This document shows, piece by piece, positions 13,335-27,886 of a stretch of 64,000 nucleotides of DNA (positions are counted from its first letter, which is position 1; every line of letters begins with the position of its first letter). The stretch comes from Cenococcum geophilum (taxonomy: Eukaryota). Both the position numbers and the translations under genes were made by a program. The stretch lies in NCBI GenBank assembly GCA_050273025.1, contig CP158635.1, positions 16,306,001 to 16,370,000 of the forward strand. Direction: 5' to 3'. The notes under the pieces are model-generated. The model saw nothing but the letters and a program-made list of their open reading frames with translations, had not been told where the DNA came from and made no database searches.

Positions 13335-16300
13335 TGCGTATAATATATATAAAGTACCTAAAGATAAGAATTAGAAGTACTTAATAAAAATATATTAGGT
13401 ACCGGATAAAGTGAAATATAGAAACGCTAAGTATATATATAGTTAGCACCTAGTAGAAGTGCAAAGCTAAGGAGACTTAATACTTTAGCTAGGAAGATTC
13501 CTTATAGAAGAATGCCTAGATAGATAATAGTAGTAGGAATACTTAAAGAATACGTGTCTATAGTATATTAAAGATAAAAAGTAAACTAAGTATTAGCCGA
13601 AAACGGACTAAATATAAATAGGATTAAGCAGCTAATAATTAGGAAAAGTAAAGACTTATAAAACTAGAGGGAACCAATAGTAAAGCCTTAAACCCTTAAA
13701 GGAATTTAAGGACAACACCTAAATTTATAAGCTAAGTAGTAAGATTAATAGTTTAAAGCATTAATAGACAATAGAGCAATAAGGAACTATATCTTACTAG
13801 TAGCGGTTAAAAAAATGGGGTTACTATATAGGGAAAAGGAGTATTCTTACCTATTAGTAATAATTTTAGGAGATCTAATAGCCTATAGAGGAGGCATTAT
13901 TAATCTCAAAACAGGACCTATTTAGTTAACTATTAAAGGAAGATAAATTGAGATGTCTTTTAATATATTACTATTAGGAAATAATAAAGTAGTATTAGAA
14001 ATGCCTTAATTACAGGAATATAATCTAAAGATTAATTAGATTATAGGTTAGGTTAATATTAGGGATACTTAATAACGCAAGATGCGATAATAAGCTAAGT
14101 TAGTATAGTACTAAGTAGAGGTGACCTATAAAGAAACGGAAAAAGGATTAGGCTATATACTAAAGAAATACTATAAGTATAGTAAGAAACTATGGTCACT
14201 AAAAAGTAAGAAGCTATTAGAATATATAGTATAGAACTATAAGATAGAATTAGAACTAGGAATAAGTCTAAAGTTCTTTCTAATTTATAAGCTTACTAAA
14301 GAAGAAGGTAGAGTATTAAAAGAGTTTATCTAAGAAAACTTATAAAAGGGATATATTAGACTATCGCAATTATTAGCAGGTTATCTAGTACTGTTTATAC
14401 TAAAGAAGAATGGTAAACTAAGACTATATATTAACTATAGATAGTTAAACAGTATTACTAAGAAGGATAGGTATCCTTTACCCTTAATTAGCGAAATCTA
14501 AGATAGGATAGGTAATGCGCAAATCTTTATAAAGATAGATCTAAGATAGGCGTACTATTAGATTAGAATTAAGGAAGGTAATAAATAAAAAGCAGCCTTT
14601 AGGTTAAAGGAAGGACTATATAAACTATTAGTTATATAATTTGGACTTATAAACACACTAGCAACATTTTAAAAGCGTATTAATAATATATTAGGAGAAT
14701 ACTTAAATTAATTTATTATAGCATATCTTAATATTATTATTATATACTTAATAACTAAGAAAGAGCACGGAGAATACGTTAAATAGGTCTTAAAGAGACT
14801 ATAAGAGGAACAGATGCTAGTAGTAATCGAAAAATACGAGTTCTTTATAAGAAAGACCGATTTTGTTAGATTTATTATTAAACTAGGCCAACTTAGTATA
14901 GATCTAAAAAAGATTAAGGCTATAGTGAATTAGTAAGAACCAGAAAACGTTACGTAATTAAGATTGTTTTTAGGGTTTTATAATTACTGCAGAAGGTTTA
15001 TAGCATAATAGTTAAAGAATATTAAACTATTTACGTAATTAATAAAGAAAGAAAAACTATAGGCATAAGAAGAGGAACAGGAAGAACTCTTTAAAAAATT
15101 TAAAGAGTTATTTACTTAGGAGCTAGTTCTTAAGATCTATTAACTAGGACTAGAAATAGTTGTAGAAACGAATATATTAGACTTTATACTAGGGGCGTAC
15201 TTTATATAAAAATATTAAGATAGATAGCACCTAGTGGCATATTATAGTCGAAAGATAATACTACTAGAGTTAAACTATAACATTTATAATAAGGAGTTAT
15301 TAGGTATAGTTACAGCATTAAAGGAATAGAGAGCGTTCTTACAAGGTATAAAGAAACTATTTATAGTTAAAATAGATTATAAAAACTTAATAGGATTCCT
15401 AATAATAAAGGAACTTAACTAAAGATAGGTTAGATGGGCAGAGATGCTTATAGAATATTATTTTAAGATTTAGTATACTAAGGGTACAGATAATACATAA
15501 GCAGACGCTCTAAGTTAAAAGGCTAAACTATAAAATAACAAGAAGCCATTAGGGGCTTTACTGCGGAAAGATATAGATAGACTAATTAGGTATAATTATC
15601 TAAAAATTATAGCAACTTAAGAAGAACTAGATAGAGTCTATAAATTACTAAAAAGCTTTTAGGTATAGAAGATCTTTAAAGTATAACTAGAAGAACAGTT
15701 AGAATATCTAGGAGAAGAAATACCGTATAAGTATAGAGAGGTAAGGTATATCCTAAGAAGCATAGCAGAGCATTTTATAGGAGACTTCTATAAAGAAATA
15801 ACTTAAGAATATAATAGAGCTATAGGCTTAGTGTTAAGACTCTAAAAAGAGTATATTATTAACGAAATTTAAGGCTTAGCGCGAAAAGTTATAAAGAAAT
15901 ATCTAGATTGCTAAAGAAATAAACTAATAAGGCATAAGCTATATAGAGGGCTATAACCTATTAAAATACCAGAGAGACTATAGAAGGTTATATTATAGGA
16001 CTTTATCATTAAGTTATTAAAATTAAGAGATCCTATTACCGGGTAAGATTATAACGCGATTTTAGTAATAGTAGATAAGCTTATAAAGTAGGGATACTTT
16101 ATAGCATATATAAAAGAAATATTAGTAGAAGATATCGCTAGAATCTATATTAAAGAAGTATTTATAAAATATAGGGCACTAGGCAAAATTATATTAGATA
16201 GAGATCTAAAATTTATAGCAGTATTTTAGGAAGTATTCTTAGCGGAATAAGGAGTTAGAGTAATAACTTCTACTATATATTATCCGCAGACAGACGGCTA

Positions 16301-19300
16301 AATAGAAAATTTAAATTAGATACTAGAGCAGTATCTAAAACACTAAATTAATTACGCGTAGAATAATTAGGTATTATTATTACTAATTATATAGTTTACG
16401 TATAATATAACACTATAAGAAGGGATAGGCATATTACTATTTAAGGCAAATTATAGATATAAGCTAAGAATATTGTTATTACTATAATAAGTAAAGAAAA
16501 TAAGTAGTATAGCTAAAGAAAGAATAAAGACACTAATAAATCTTTATATAAACCTTATGGAATCAGTAAAAATAGTATAAGAGAAAATAAAAAAGCACTA
16601 TAATACTAAGAGATCTAAAGGACTAGATCTTAAAGAGGGAGATAAAGTATAGCTATTATATAAAAATTTTAAGAGTTAATAACTAAGTAGAAAGTTAGAC
16701 TATATTAGACTAGGACCTTTTAAAATTAAGTAGAAGATTTTACTAGTTACGTTTAAGTTAAACCTATTAGCTAAAATAAAGATCTACCTTATATAGTATA
16801 TTATAATGCTAAAGCTAGTATACGGGAATATTAAGCTACTAGTTTATAAGGTAGACACGTATAGAGGATAGGAAGAAGATAAATAGTAAGTTTTAAAGGT
16901 CGTTAACTATAAAGATATTAACAACGAAATATAGTATAAGGTTAAGTAAATAGGCTATAATAAGACTACCTGGGAACTACTAGAGAATTTAAAAAATGTT
17001 ATAAGAAAGGTATAGGAGTATTAAAAGAAATTAGGTTAGGTAGTATTAATAAAAAAGGATTACTAAAAAATAAGTTACCTAAGGGGGACCTAAGAAGAGT
17101 AGTTGCCGAACTACTTAGATCTATTTCCTTCTTAGTTAAAGGAGAATCCGTTCTTTTATTACCAAGTTCCTATAAACCTTATTCTATAAATTTCTACTCC
17201 TTAAAACGGACCTTCTTATAAACCTTTTTAAGACGGATTAACTGAGTAGACGCCGCTAAATAAGACTTAAGGGCCTGTTGCTAAGTATTAGTAGCCTCTT
17301 ATTTAGCATCCTAAGAATGGCGCAGCTCTGCTAGGGTAATAAATAGTTTATTATCTAGCCGCGTAGCAGTAGATTAAATATAAGACCCTAAGACAAATTA
17401 ATTAGGGAACTAGACAACTATTAAGAGTAATAGGTTATATATATTTAGCATTAGAGATAGAGTAAACGTTGCAGAATAAATAAATATTTACTTTAGTATA
17501 TACTGAGTAAAAGGACGGTTATTATAAAGATAGGTTCGCTAATATAATATAAACCAACCCCTTTTTTAAATAGCGAGAATATAGAGACGATATAATCTTA
17601 CTAAGAGACAATATTATAGTAATAGTGCGAGCACGACGAGTAGTTAAGAATAAAGAAATTGCTTTAGGTATAATAAGTAATAATATTAACTAAATTAATT
17701 AGACGGATATTATACCTCTAGTAAACAACTTAGAGATCTTTAGGATCTTTAAGGATAAAGATAAAAAGGAGGGAGATGGTATTATAAACGCTTTAAGTAT
17801 AATATTATAACTATTTAGGGAAGAGCCGGAAGAAGCTAGTTAGTTAATTTAGGTATAGTCTAAGATAGAGCTAATAGAGCTATATAACGAGGAATAGTAA
17901 CTAAGGACACGTAACGTAATCTATATAATCTATAAGATCTATATAATCCGTAATAGAGTAGATAGAGTATATATATATTACGTATAAGAAGGATTTTATA
18001 GGAGTATAGTTATGTATTTAAGGACCTTTAGTCCCTACCTAGATAGTTCCTTCCTTATAGTAATTTTTAGAATATAATTAGAGTTAATCTATTAGGCAAC
18101 TACTCCACCAGTTATTATTACGTTGTTGGCTTTAATTTGCATTACCTACACACTGAGCCCATTAACGAGCCTATTGTAGTACCTACTATAAGGTTCTATT
18201 ATAATATATAGTTAACTAGTCCCTCTAAGGCCTTATAAATATATAATTAGAATCTTATAGGCGTATTAGCTAGCCCAAAGGGCATTACTAGATACTTAAA
18301 GTAGCTATATTAGGTTTTAAAAGTAGTCTTTTACTTATCCCCTTTTTTAATATAAAGCCTATAATAGGCGTCTTATAAATCTAGCTTTATAAAGATCTCC
18401 GCCCTAAATAGTTAATCTAGTATTTTACTAACTAGCGGTAGTAGGTAATAGTTCTTAATTATAATCTTATTAAGACCGCGATAGTTTATATATAGCCTTA
18501 TAGTTCTATCTAGGTTTAGGATAAAGAGGATTAGCGCGCCTATTAGCAACTTATTAGGCCAAATCTATCCCTTTTCTAGTAAAGTATTAAGCTACTCCTA
18601 TAGAATCTTAAGCTCTTTATAAGAGAGGCTATAAATAAAAAGGTTTAGTAACTGTTTACCTTCTTTTAAATTAATTATATAATTATATTCCAAGTTTTAT
18701 ATAAGGAGTTTAGCCCACCTACCTAAAAATACCCTTAGTAAGTTCCTTAGGCCTAATAGGATATTTAATAGATTACGGTTATATTTATCCTTTATATTAT
18801 TATTAGGTAGGTCCTAACGCTCCCTTAAAATACTTATAGGCAGTATTACGCGCTATAGTGGTTACTTATATATAGTTTTATATAGTAGCTAGTAAAGGGT
18901 AGGGAAATCCTTAACGCAGTGTTTTAGGTACTATAGTATACTTTCTGCGTATTGCTTAAGCTAGAGTAACCTATAATAGTTAAAGTATTTTATAAGATCC
19001 TTAAGATTGCTGCCTCCCTATAATATCTCCGTAACTTATCTAGTAGTTATTTATAGGGTCTTTATTATAAAGGGGTTATTACCTATCTTACTATTAAATA
19101 GGGATTAGATTTAATACTCCTTTAGGTATAAAGTGTATACTATTTTACCTAGAGCTATATCTTTTAGGATATCTTTTAAGCTTATTAGTAATATACGCCC
19201 TTCTAATTCTTTATTATTCTATTATTTAAAGGCTTCTATTTTAAAGCGTATTTTAAGATCTACTTTTATAAGTTAAGGGTATTTAAGGATAAAGTTATAA

Positions 19301-20213
19301 TCTATAAAGTTAGCCGCTTAAAAGGGTTATAAGTTAACCACCTTAGTACAGTTATATATATTAGCCACTAATATTATAAGCTTATAGATACTATATAGTT
19401 TAATCTAATACTTATCTAGAAAGCCTATAATAGGTTTCCGCTACTTTAGTAATAGAATAAGTTTATACTCTTTTACTAAATTATATTATATAAGATTAAT
19501 TTCGACACTACTATTATATAGTGCTTAGAACTAATATACCTCGCCTATAGGGAGTACTATTTTTAGCTTAATAGTAATATAGAAAGTCTCTCTTTCTATA
19601 TCTTACTTTAGTTATAGCTAAAAGAAATCCACGACTAAGGCTTTTCTTTTATTAAATTATTAGTACGGTTATTACCCTGCTTATTTTTCCAATAGAATTT
19701 ACCTTTAGGGAAGTTTTCTTTTAACTTTTTAAAGTATTCCCGTAGAGGTACTAGACGGGTATTAGGTTAGCCCTAGAAGCCTTTCCTATTACTTAAGGCC
19801 CTTAACTTTAACCCTTTTAAAGGTTTCTTTAAGAACGGCTTCTTTAAAGGTTAGGTCTGCCCTATATTACTACTAGAGTACCTACACTTTTAGTAAACCC
19901 CTAGCTTTCTACTAAAAGAGGTTTAGTTCCTTACTATATTCTTACCGTTTAGAACTACTTGTTTAAAAGCGATATATATAGTTATCCGCAATAGGGCTCC
20001 TACGCGCATTATTTTATTATAAATTACTAGCTTAATTCTAGCCTAGATAAATCCAATCTTCTCCTTTTTATAAATACTACCGTCTTTATTTTTAAAGGGC
20101 TTTAGATTTATTTATTAAGTATAAGTTTCTATAAAGTTTATAAACTAGCGGAAGTTATAGCGATTAAGCTAAGTCTATTTCTTTAAAAAGGGTTACAGCT
20201 ATAGCTATATAGT

Positions 20214-23200
20214 TGTTAGGAATAAAGGCAAATGGTCACCATATAAGGCATATTGCCGTCACGTATAGCAAGTTGCCATCACGTGCCGCCGCGGCACTAG
20301 CGTAGTAAGGAACCTTAAGTTCCTTACCCCTTTCTTTAAGAATATAAGAATAATAATTATTATACTATCTACGAACCATAGCTACGTGATATCCCCTTAT
20401 AAGTCCAACACTAATTAGTGGTTAACTTTATAGTTATACTATAGAACAGCTAGGTTTTTACCAAGAAGAGACGAGCCACTATACTAGTGCTACTCATATT
20501 AGAGGAAGCTGTCTTTTAAGGTTAGAACTAGTTCTAAACCTTAAATAGAACTCTTCTACAAATTTAAGGATCTAAAGGCTAGAACTGGTCCTAAGCCTTT
20601 CTAAGATTATAGATTCTTGCGTCTATTATACAGAACAACACGCTTTATAAGTCTTCGCGATTTAAGGCTAGAACTAGTCCTAAGCCCTATAATTGTAAAT
20701 ATACGTCACAAACGCGTACTAAACGACAATCCCTATACTACTAATATTCCCTTCCTCTAAAGATATAACTATAGCCACTCTAAACGACTAGAGAGACTCC
20801 TTATTACTAGGGGTAGCTATATACGCGAAACTTATTAATAAAAATTAGGACGTATTTACCTTTAATATAACAACCTATACCGTAAAATAAGTTAACGGTT
20901 TTCTCCTATACCATATTCTATTCTACTAAGATAGCTACTATACCGATTTACAGTTATAGGAATACTTTAGGGAGGATTTTATAGGATGGACTGCTGACAC
21001 CTAGGCACTTAGCAATGTTAATATTATTTAGGATTTTTGAGACTCCCTTTAAAGGAATAGGGTGTATATTACTAAGGACGGTAACCTAATTACTAGTAAT
21101 ATTTACGCTGTTTTTACTAGTATAGAAGAACTAGTATAGATAGAAGCTAAGATTATACGTTAACTACGGAAACCTAAAATTAACCTATATTCTTTAGAAG
21201 GCAACTTTAATTTAGAACAAAACCCCTAGAACACTACTCTCCTACTTAAAGGTGCTCTACTACCTAGAGGTGCTCTTCCTCTACCTCTACTACCTCTAAT
21301 TCCTTTATCCCAGCTAATTAATAAGCCTTTATTTTAAGAAGTTACGAATCTAATAAAGGTATATTTAGACGAAGAGAAAAAGTTTAAAGGAGAATTATAT
21401 AATATACTTAGAGTAAAACTATAGGTCTTTTATAACTGCTGTAATAAGGTTAAAATTTAACGCTACTAGTTCTATTATGCTTTCTCTATTATATTAAAGG
21501 GACGGGTGGTAACGTTCTATTATAACTATATCGCAGGTAAAAACTATAGCTTTAATGTAATGCTTTAGCTTACTAGAGCCTACTTTAAAACTAATAAGAA
21601 CCGCCAACTCTATATATCCGAATGGCGGAAGACTATATTTTAGAGAGTTATTACTTCTAACCCGATAACAACTTACCTAAAGTATCTTTAACTACTCTTT
21701 AATAAACTCTAGAAAATTTAATATAAACTTACTAAAACTTACTAAAATAAGAACAGCCTAAGGGACTAGGTTATCTTAGTATACCATAGCGTTTCTAAGT
21801 ATAACTTAGCGCTATATAAACCTATAAATACGTTTAAAGGAGTATATACTAAGCTACACTCCGCTATAGGTACTGTAATGCGAATATAAGAATCTTAATA
21901 GCTTTATACTAAAAGCTCTACCTAACTAAGCGTTCCTAACTAATATAATTATAACTAGACTAATTGAATATATAGCGGCCGTGGTAGGGAATACGGCAAA
22001 GGGTATAATTAATATTAACTATAAGGTAATTATAGAGGTCCTTATAGAGGTTTATTTTAAAGTAATTACTAGAAGAAGTGCTACGTTTATAAGAAGCCAA
22101 ATTACTAGTTAACTAGACACTCCCTTAATAAGCGAAAAGAGGCATATAATAAGTTCCGTTAGAGTATAAGAAATGTTAGAAATTATAAGGTCACTATAGC
22201 CTACTTCTAAAGCTTCCTAGTTTAATACGAAGGCGTAAAAGACCTTAAGGGTAAGGTTAATAAGACCGAATAGCTCCTTATAAATATAGAAATTAAGGAC
22301 TACTTACCTAACTAATACTTTACTAAGTATAGTAAGGTAAATGGCATATAAACCGTCGCTGTTCTTAATAATTAATCTACGCTCTATTTTATTACAAAGT
22401 TAGATATCTTTAATAAGCCAAAGGAGAGCTCCGCGTTTTCCTTTAATAATAGATACTTAGCGAACGTCTTCTATAGTATTATGCCAGATACTAGAGCCGC
22501 AGGAGTATCTATAGTAGGAGAACCTTAAGTTTAAGCCCTTTAGTAGCTTAATAGCTCTATTTAGATTAACTATTTAACGGTAGGCCAATATACAATTCGT
22601 TTTGGTAAAGGTACTACGATCTCTCTTAGCACAATTAGGGTTTAAACCCCCTTAGGGTATATTACTTTTTATATTGTTCCTATAAATACCCTGTTTTTAT
22701 TTTGCATTAAAGATATAGATAAACTAGGCGTTAAGCTTAATAACCTTAAGAATATACTTATGCAGGGAGATAATCGGGTGCCTATTATACGTAAGTGGGG
22801 TTACCCTTAGCTGCTCCTTTAATAACCAAAAAAGAGTGTTGCTTAGAGCTATTTAACTAAGTTAGAGTTACGCTAACTATACCGTCGTTTTAGTTACCTA
22901 TTAGTTTACTAATTACTTAGGGTTCTTTAGCGAGTAGGCTATAAAGTCAAGGTTAAGGCAATTAAGCATTTTATAAAATACTGCTATTACTATTAAATAA
23001 ACCAGAGGTCCCCTAGCCGATTTAAGTTTACCCTTAAAGATAACTACGACTTTAACTTCTATATTATCGTTAACGTTATATACCTTAGCGGTAAGCCAGT
23101 ACTCTAAGTTATTGACTTCTTAACCTCTTTTTAAGCCGCATAATTCTTAAAGGATATATTAGCTAGGAACGTATGGGATACCCTTTAGTTATACTAGATT

Positions 23201-26200
23201 AATATCTACCTAGGACCCCCTAATTAAATCGTCTATAACGTAGGAAAGAACTTCTTATCTATAGAGTTCCGATAATAAATAAAGGCAATAGCAATTAAGG
23301 TTAAGGAAGTCCCTATTAAGGCATATAATAGTATTAGAAAAGTAGAGTAATATCATATACTATTACACCGCGTATATAAGATTATCTCTTCAAAACTAAA
23401 GGACGCTAGTAAAGAACTTACCTTGCAAATAGCTATTAAAGCTATTAACGATTCCGCTGGCCTGGATAGACTCGTACCTATATTACTAGTCTTTAGCGCC
23501 TACCCTTAAATAACTAATAATTCTCCACTATCTCCCTCTATTATATAATAAGCTAAGGCTATTTACAAAGTAATAAAGGAGGTACGACGTCTATATGCTA
23601 CGCGCCAGGTTAATAATATATTAGGAATAAGAAATGGCTTAAATACCTTAACTACGCTTAATCTGCCACTCCAATCTGAAGTATAGGTATAGCGTAAAAA
23701 GGGAGGATAGTTAGGCCTATATAAACTCATTATAATTAATAGTCAAACTTGCACTCTTTAGATGCCCTATAGACCTACTTAATTCCGTTTAACCGTTATT
23801 AGGCCCTACTATAAAGATAATAGTTCCGAGCCTTTGTAGGATACCCCAGAAGATGCCCTAAAAGATGCCCTAGAGGAGAACCACGACTAACGTACCCTAG
23901 AAGGCGACTATAATCCTAATATAATTATAGTAGATATACCGCAACTATAACACGGTAGAGGTCGCCTAAAGGGATTACAAAATTGCTAATATCTTATTAA
24001 TTTTAAAGAGCAATTTGTTGCTGCTATAGAGAGTAGAGTTAAGTTATTAATAGCCTTTATAACAGCTAAAGAGAAGGCTAACTTTAAGCTTGTAAAACAG
24101 CTCTAAAAGGAAGGTTATATTATAACCCCAGGAGCTCCTTTCCAAGCATCTAATAAGCAGGAGATTAACAGTCTTATTATAAGAGGAGTTTTTAAATTTA
24201 AGAAATATAACCCTACTAAGTTCAATAGAGTTCGTATCTTTAAGTTAAGAATAATTAATAAGATTAAGGGCAAAGCTATTAACGCCCTATTTAAGAAATT
24301 AAGGCTTATTATCTAAGGTTATAATAATAATAGTAAAGAGATAATTCTTATATAATCTTCTATAATTTAACGAGCTAGTTAGCAAGTTATTATTGCATTA
24401 GCTCCCTCCTTAATAAAGAATAGAATAGCAGTTTATTTACGAGATATTACTTAAGCCTACACCTAATTAGAGACGCACCTTTAGCGCTTAATATTAGCAT
24501 ACCTTCTAGAGTAAATTCGCCACCAGTATTCTAAAGACATAATTATGGTTATGCTTAAGCCATTATATAGAATTACAAAGGTAGGAACTTACTAGTGGGC
24601 TACCTATAGTAAGCACTATAAAGAGAAGCTTTTAATGACTACTTCTATATTTAATCCCTACTTCCTTATTATAACCACGGGAACCCTATTTGGAATTATT
24701 AGTATATAAACTAATAATATAATTATCTTAGGAGACGACCAATTCTTAGCTCTTAAAGAGGATAAGCTAGTAAAGGCAAATCTTATAGTAAAGCTAAAGG
24801 AAAAGCTTAACTTAATAATACTATTACTTTTTAATAGATGCATCCTTTCCCTAAACAAGGATTCCATTGCTTTACGCTAGAAGGGTTAAGGTAAGAAGAT
24901 CGACGTTATTAACGTTAATTCCCTAAAGTAAGGATACGTAGAGTAACGCGCTTACGGAGCTTATATTACTTCTATCTATTAACCTAAGGCTTTATTTAAT
25001 CTCTTTATTGCCGCCTAACACTAGGAACCAACTAAGGACGACGTTCTTACCCTAAATAAACATCTTTTCTGGTAAATAAACTATCTTAATTGGGGACTAC
25101 TTTATATGCCTATTAATCTTCCTACCACCAAGCTCTTTATATTTATTAATAGATTATTTATAAATAATAAAGATTTTAGCTCCTAGTTAGGATATAAGAT
25201 TATTATTATAAACAAATTTACTAAAGAGAATAACTTTATAATTTATAGCAATCTTATCTATTAGAGCTTAACTAAGAGTAAGCGCGTTACCTAAAGTGTT
25301 TTAGCATTAGAGATATATAGAATAGTTAGCGGAGTTAATATAGTAATTGCAATTGGAACTACCCTAAAGATAATTATAGATTGACTTGAACGTCCTATTA
25401 TCCCTACAATTATATACACCAATTTATTTTCCCTCTATAAGTGTTTAGTTAAGCTCGGTACCATAAAGGAGAAGCGCCTTATAATTAATATTATGGCACT
25501 TTAGCAATCCTATAAGCGTTAAGAACTCTTTAAGATTTAATAGATTAATAGCTAAGATAACCTAGCAGATGTAATAATAAAGGCGAACCTAAATAAGGCA
25601 CTAGAGACGTTTGTTAATACAAATACTCTATATATACAAGTTAAAGGTTAGGTTAAAAGGGAGTCCCTAAAAATTTCTTAGTTACGTAAGGTCTTAAAAT
25701 ATCTAGAAACTTTAACCGGCGGTTAAAGTTGTCTAATTAGTTAGATTCTATAGACCCTAACTTAAACCAGCCAATTAGGATTTTCCATCCCCGGGATAGA
25801 AAATCGCTATTAGCTTACTTACCGCTAGCGCCTTAGCGGCCCTACTGACAAGATACCTACCTATAACTTATAAGTAAGAAAGCACCACGTGCTAAGAGGC
25901 AAATTTTGGGATAGCAAGACTTATATTATAATGGCAATAGTAAGTAAAGAGGATTAATTTTTATTCCGCTAGTTAAGCGGTATATATATATAGATGGCAA
26001 CCATAAAAGAAGAGTTACTAGTGTTGGGAATAAAGGCAAATAGTTACTATATAAGGTATATTGCCGTCACATGTAGTAAGTTGCCATCACGTGCCGCCGC
26101 GGCACTAGTGTGGTAAGGAACCTTAAGTTCTTTACCCCTTTCTTTAAGAATATAAGAATAATAATTATTATACTATCTACGAACCGTAGCTACGTAATAT

Positions 26201-26218
26201 CCCCTTATAAGTCTAATA
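20214..26218 (+). mobile_element. Full-length Ty1/Copia retrotransposon (GalEa-like motifs), RIP-inactivated
   Basis: 197 bp LTRs 20214-20410 and 26022-26218; TSD ATAGT/GTAGT (one G>A); PR-IN-RT-RH order; relics YRRFSYL (HRRFGHP) ~22880, RDIT*AY ~24440, *DNLAD ~25555. Confidence 0.93.
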
Positions 26219-27886
26219 GTAGTAACTTACTCTTTATTAAGCTAATTAAGTATAATCTAGTTTAGTAATTAGTCTTTAATCTTGCTAATAATTCAGTATA
26301 TATATTCTTTAGTATTATTTTATATTATTAACATTTTAAAAAAGTTGTCTACCTTATAAACCCAATTATCCAGCTATTAGGCATTAGGTCTATAATAGAG
26401 TTCTAAACTATTAAAGACTTTAGCTAATTAGTTTATATCCTTTTTCTATTTACTATATAGATATCTTTTTAAGTCTTCTATACCTCTTTAGGTAGATACT
26501 AAGTAGCCCCTAAAAGGCCCTTAGCCTTAGCTGGGTTATAAAAGATTTTATCTAGCCTAGATTAAGCTTTACTAGATTTAAACCTACCCCTAAAGGTTTC
26601 TAATATATTTATTAGTGGCTCCTTCCTATATAGCTGTTAAGAGCCTTATAGCCGCTTCTTAATATCTATCTTAAAGAAAATTAGTTTAGGGCTCTTAACT
26701 TTCTAACCTTAGCCCTAGAGAAGCTTTAGCTATAAAGGTAGTATTAACACTAGTAGCTAGTATAGGTTTCCCTATAAAGCTTAAGTCTTAAATTAGTAAT
26801 TAGGTTAGGTTATCTAAAGGAGTAAACCTACTTAGCTTATAAATAGTTTATATACCGCCGCTTTGCTAATTATAGGCTAGTAGTCTTTTAGGAGAGTTCT
26901 AGTTAGTTCTCTAGTTAGATATATTAGTATATTTCTCTAGAATTTCTAGCTTAGAGGAAGATCTTAAAGTTACTTTTAGCGCTTAATCTTCTAATTAGCC
27001 TAAGTAGGGCTAGAGGGGTTCTAGTTACTTTTTAGTAGTATTATAGCCGCTATAGAGGATGCCTGCGTTTTCCTTAGCACTGCTAGTAACTATAGGTATA
27101 TAAGAGTTTTTAAGCTCCTAGCGCATCTAGATATTAGGGCTCGTTCAGCCGTCTTACCTAGAGGTTTATATTATTACAATCTCTCGCTATTAGAGGGACC
27201 TTTCTACTTTAATATAACGGCTTTCTATAAGGTATTTATGGAGTTTCTCTTTAGGTCGTCGCGAGATTTTTTAAGGGAGAATAGTAGGTATAAACAAAAT
27301 ATAGACAAATAATCTAGTTTTTAAACTAGCTGCCCTTCTAAATAGAGTAGGAAGGATTTAAATATAAGGGGACTTTGTAGATAGGGGGTTATAAGGGCAC
27401 AATTATAGAATAGGATATTATTAGTAAAGTCTAAAGATAAAGGCCTTATATATACTAAAAGGGAGTAATAGATAGTAATTAGACCTAAGTAGTAAAAGTT
27501 ATTAAGGTTAAATAAGTTACTATAGCTAGGTAATAGGAGGAAGTTTAGGGGTATTTTATAATACTATACTAAGTATTACTAACTCTTGGCTTTTAGAAGA
27601 AAGCCGGGCTTAGTAGGGGAGGATATAGTTCTTTTACGTGATTTCCTAATTGTGTAGGGTGTATTCTTGGCACAACAAATTTTGTTAACAACCGAGCCCC
27701 TAGATAGATCAATCAACCAACGCCTGGTACCACATAAGGAATGCTAAGATATCACGGGATCTGTAACTCATCGGGGATGATTTCTTTGCTGTGGGCGGGT
27801 TGGACCGCGACAAACTTCAACTTGTTCAATTACGAGGAACAATGTTACTCGAGCCTCGATATCAGGCACTTTATTCGAAGCAGTGG

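Larger units (their letters stand above)
4597..18203 (+). mobile_element. Full-length Ty3/Gypsy (chromovirus-like) retrotransposon A, RIP-inactivated, with a SINE-like element and a LINE nested inside
   Basis: 424 bp LTRs at 4597-5020 and 17780-18203; 5 bp TSD ATATA; PPT AAAAAGGAGGGAGATGG; order gag, PR (LIDNRA ~13760), RT (~14250-14900), RNase H (~15170-15520), integrase (~15900-16450), chromodomain-like relic (~16880-17020). Confidence 0.93.
2099..27560 (-). mobile_element. Host Ty3/Gypsy retrotransposon B (RIP pseudogene), in pieces 2099-4596, 18204-20213 and 26219-~27560
   Basis: Minus-strand relics: RNase H YxTHDKKLLAIV (~3900-3930), FLGFANFYR (~4310-4340), RT IIYLDNVLIY (~4560-4596) continuing in register at 18204, protease region ~19220-19520, gag ~26219-27200; putative LTR ~27390-27560 is uncertain. 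Confidence 0.8.
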
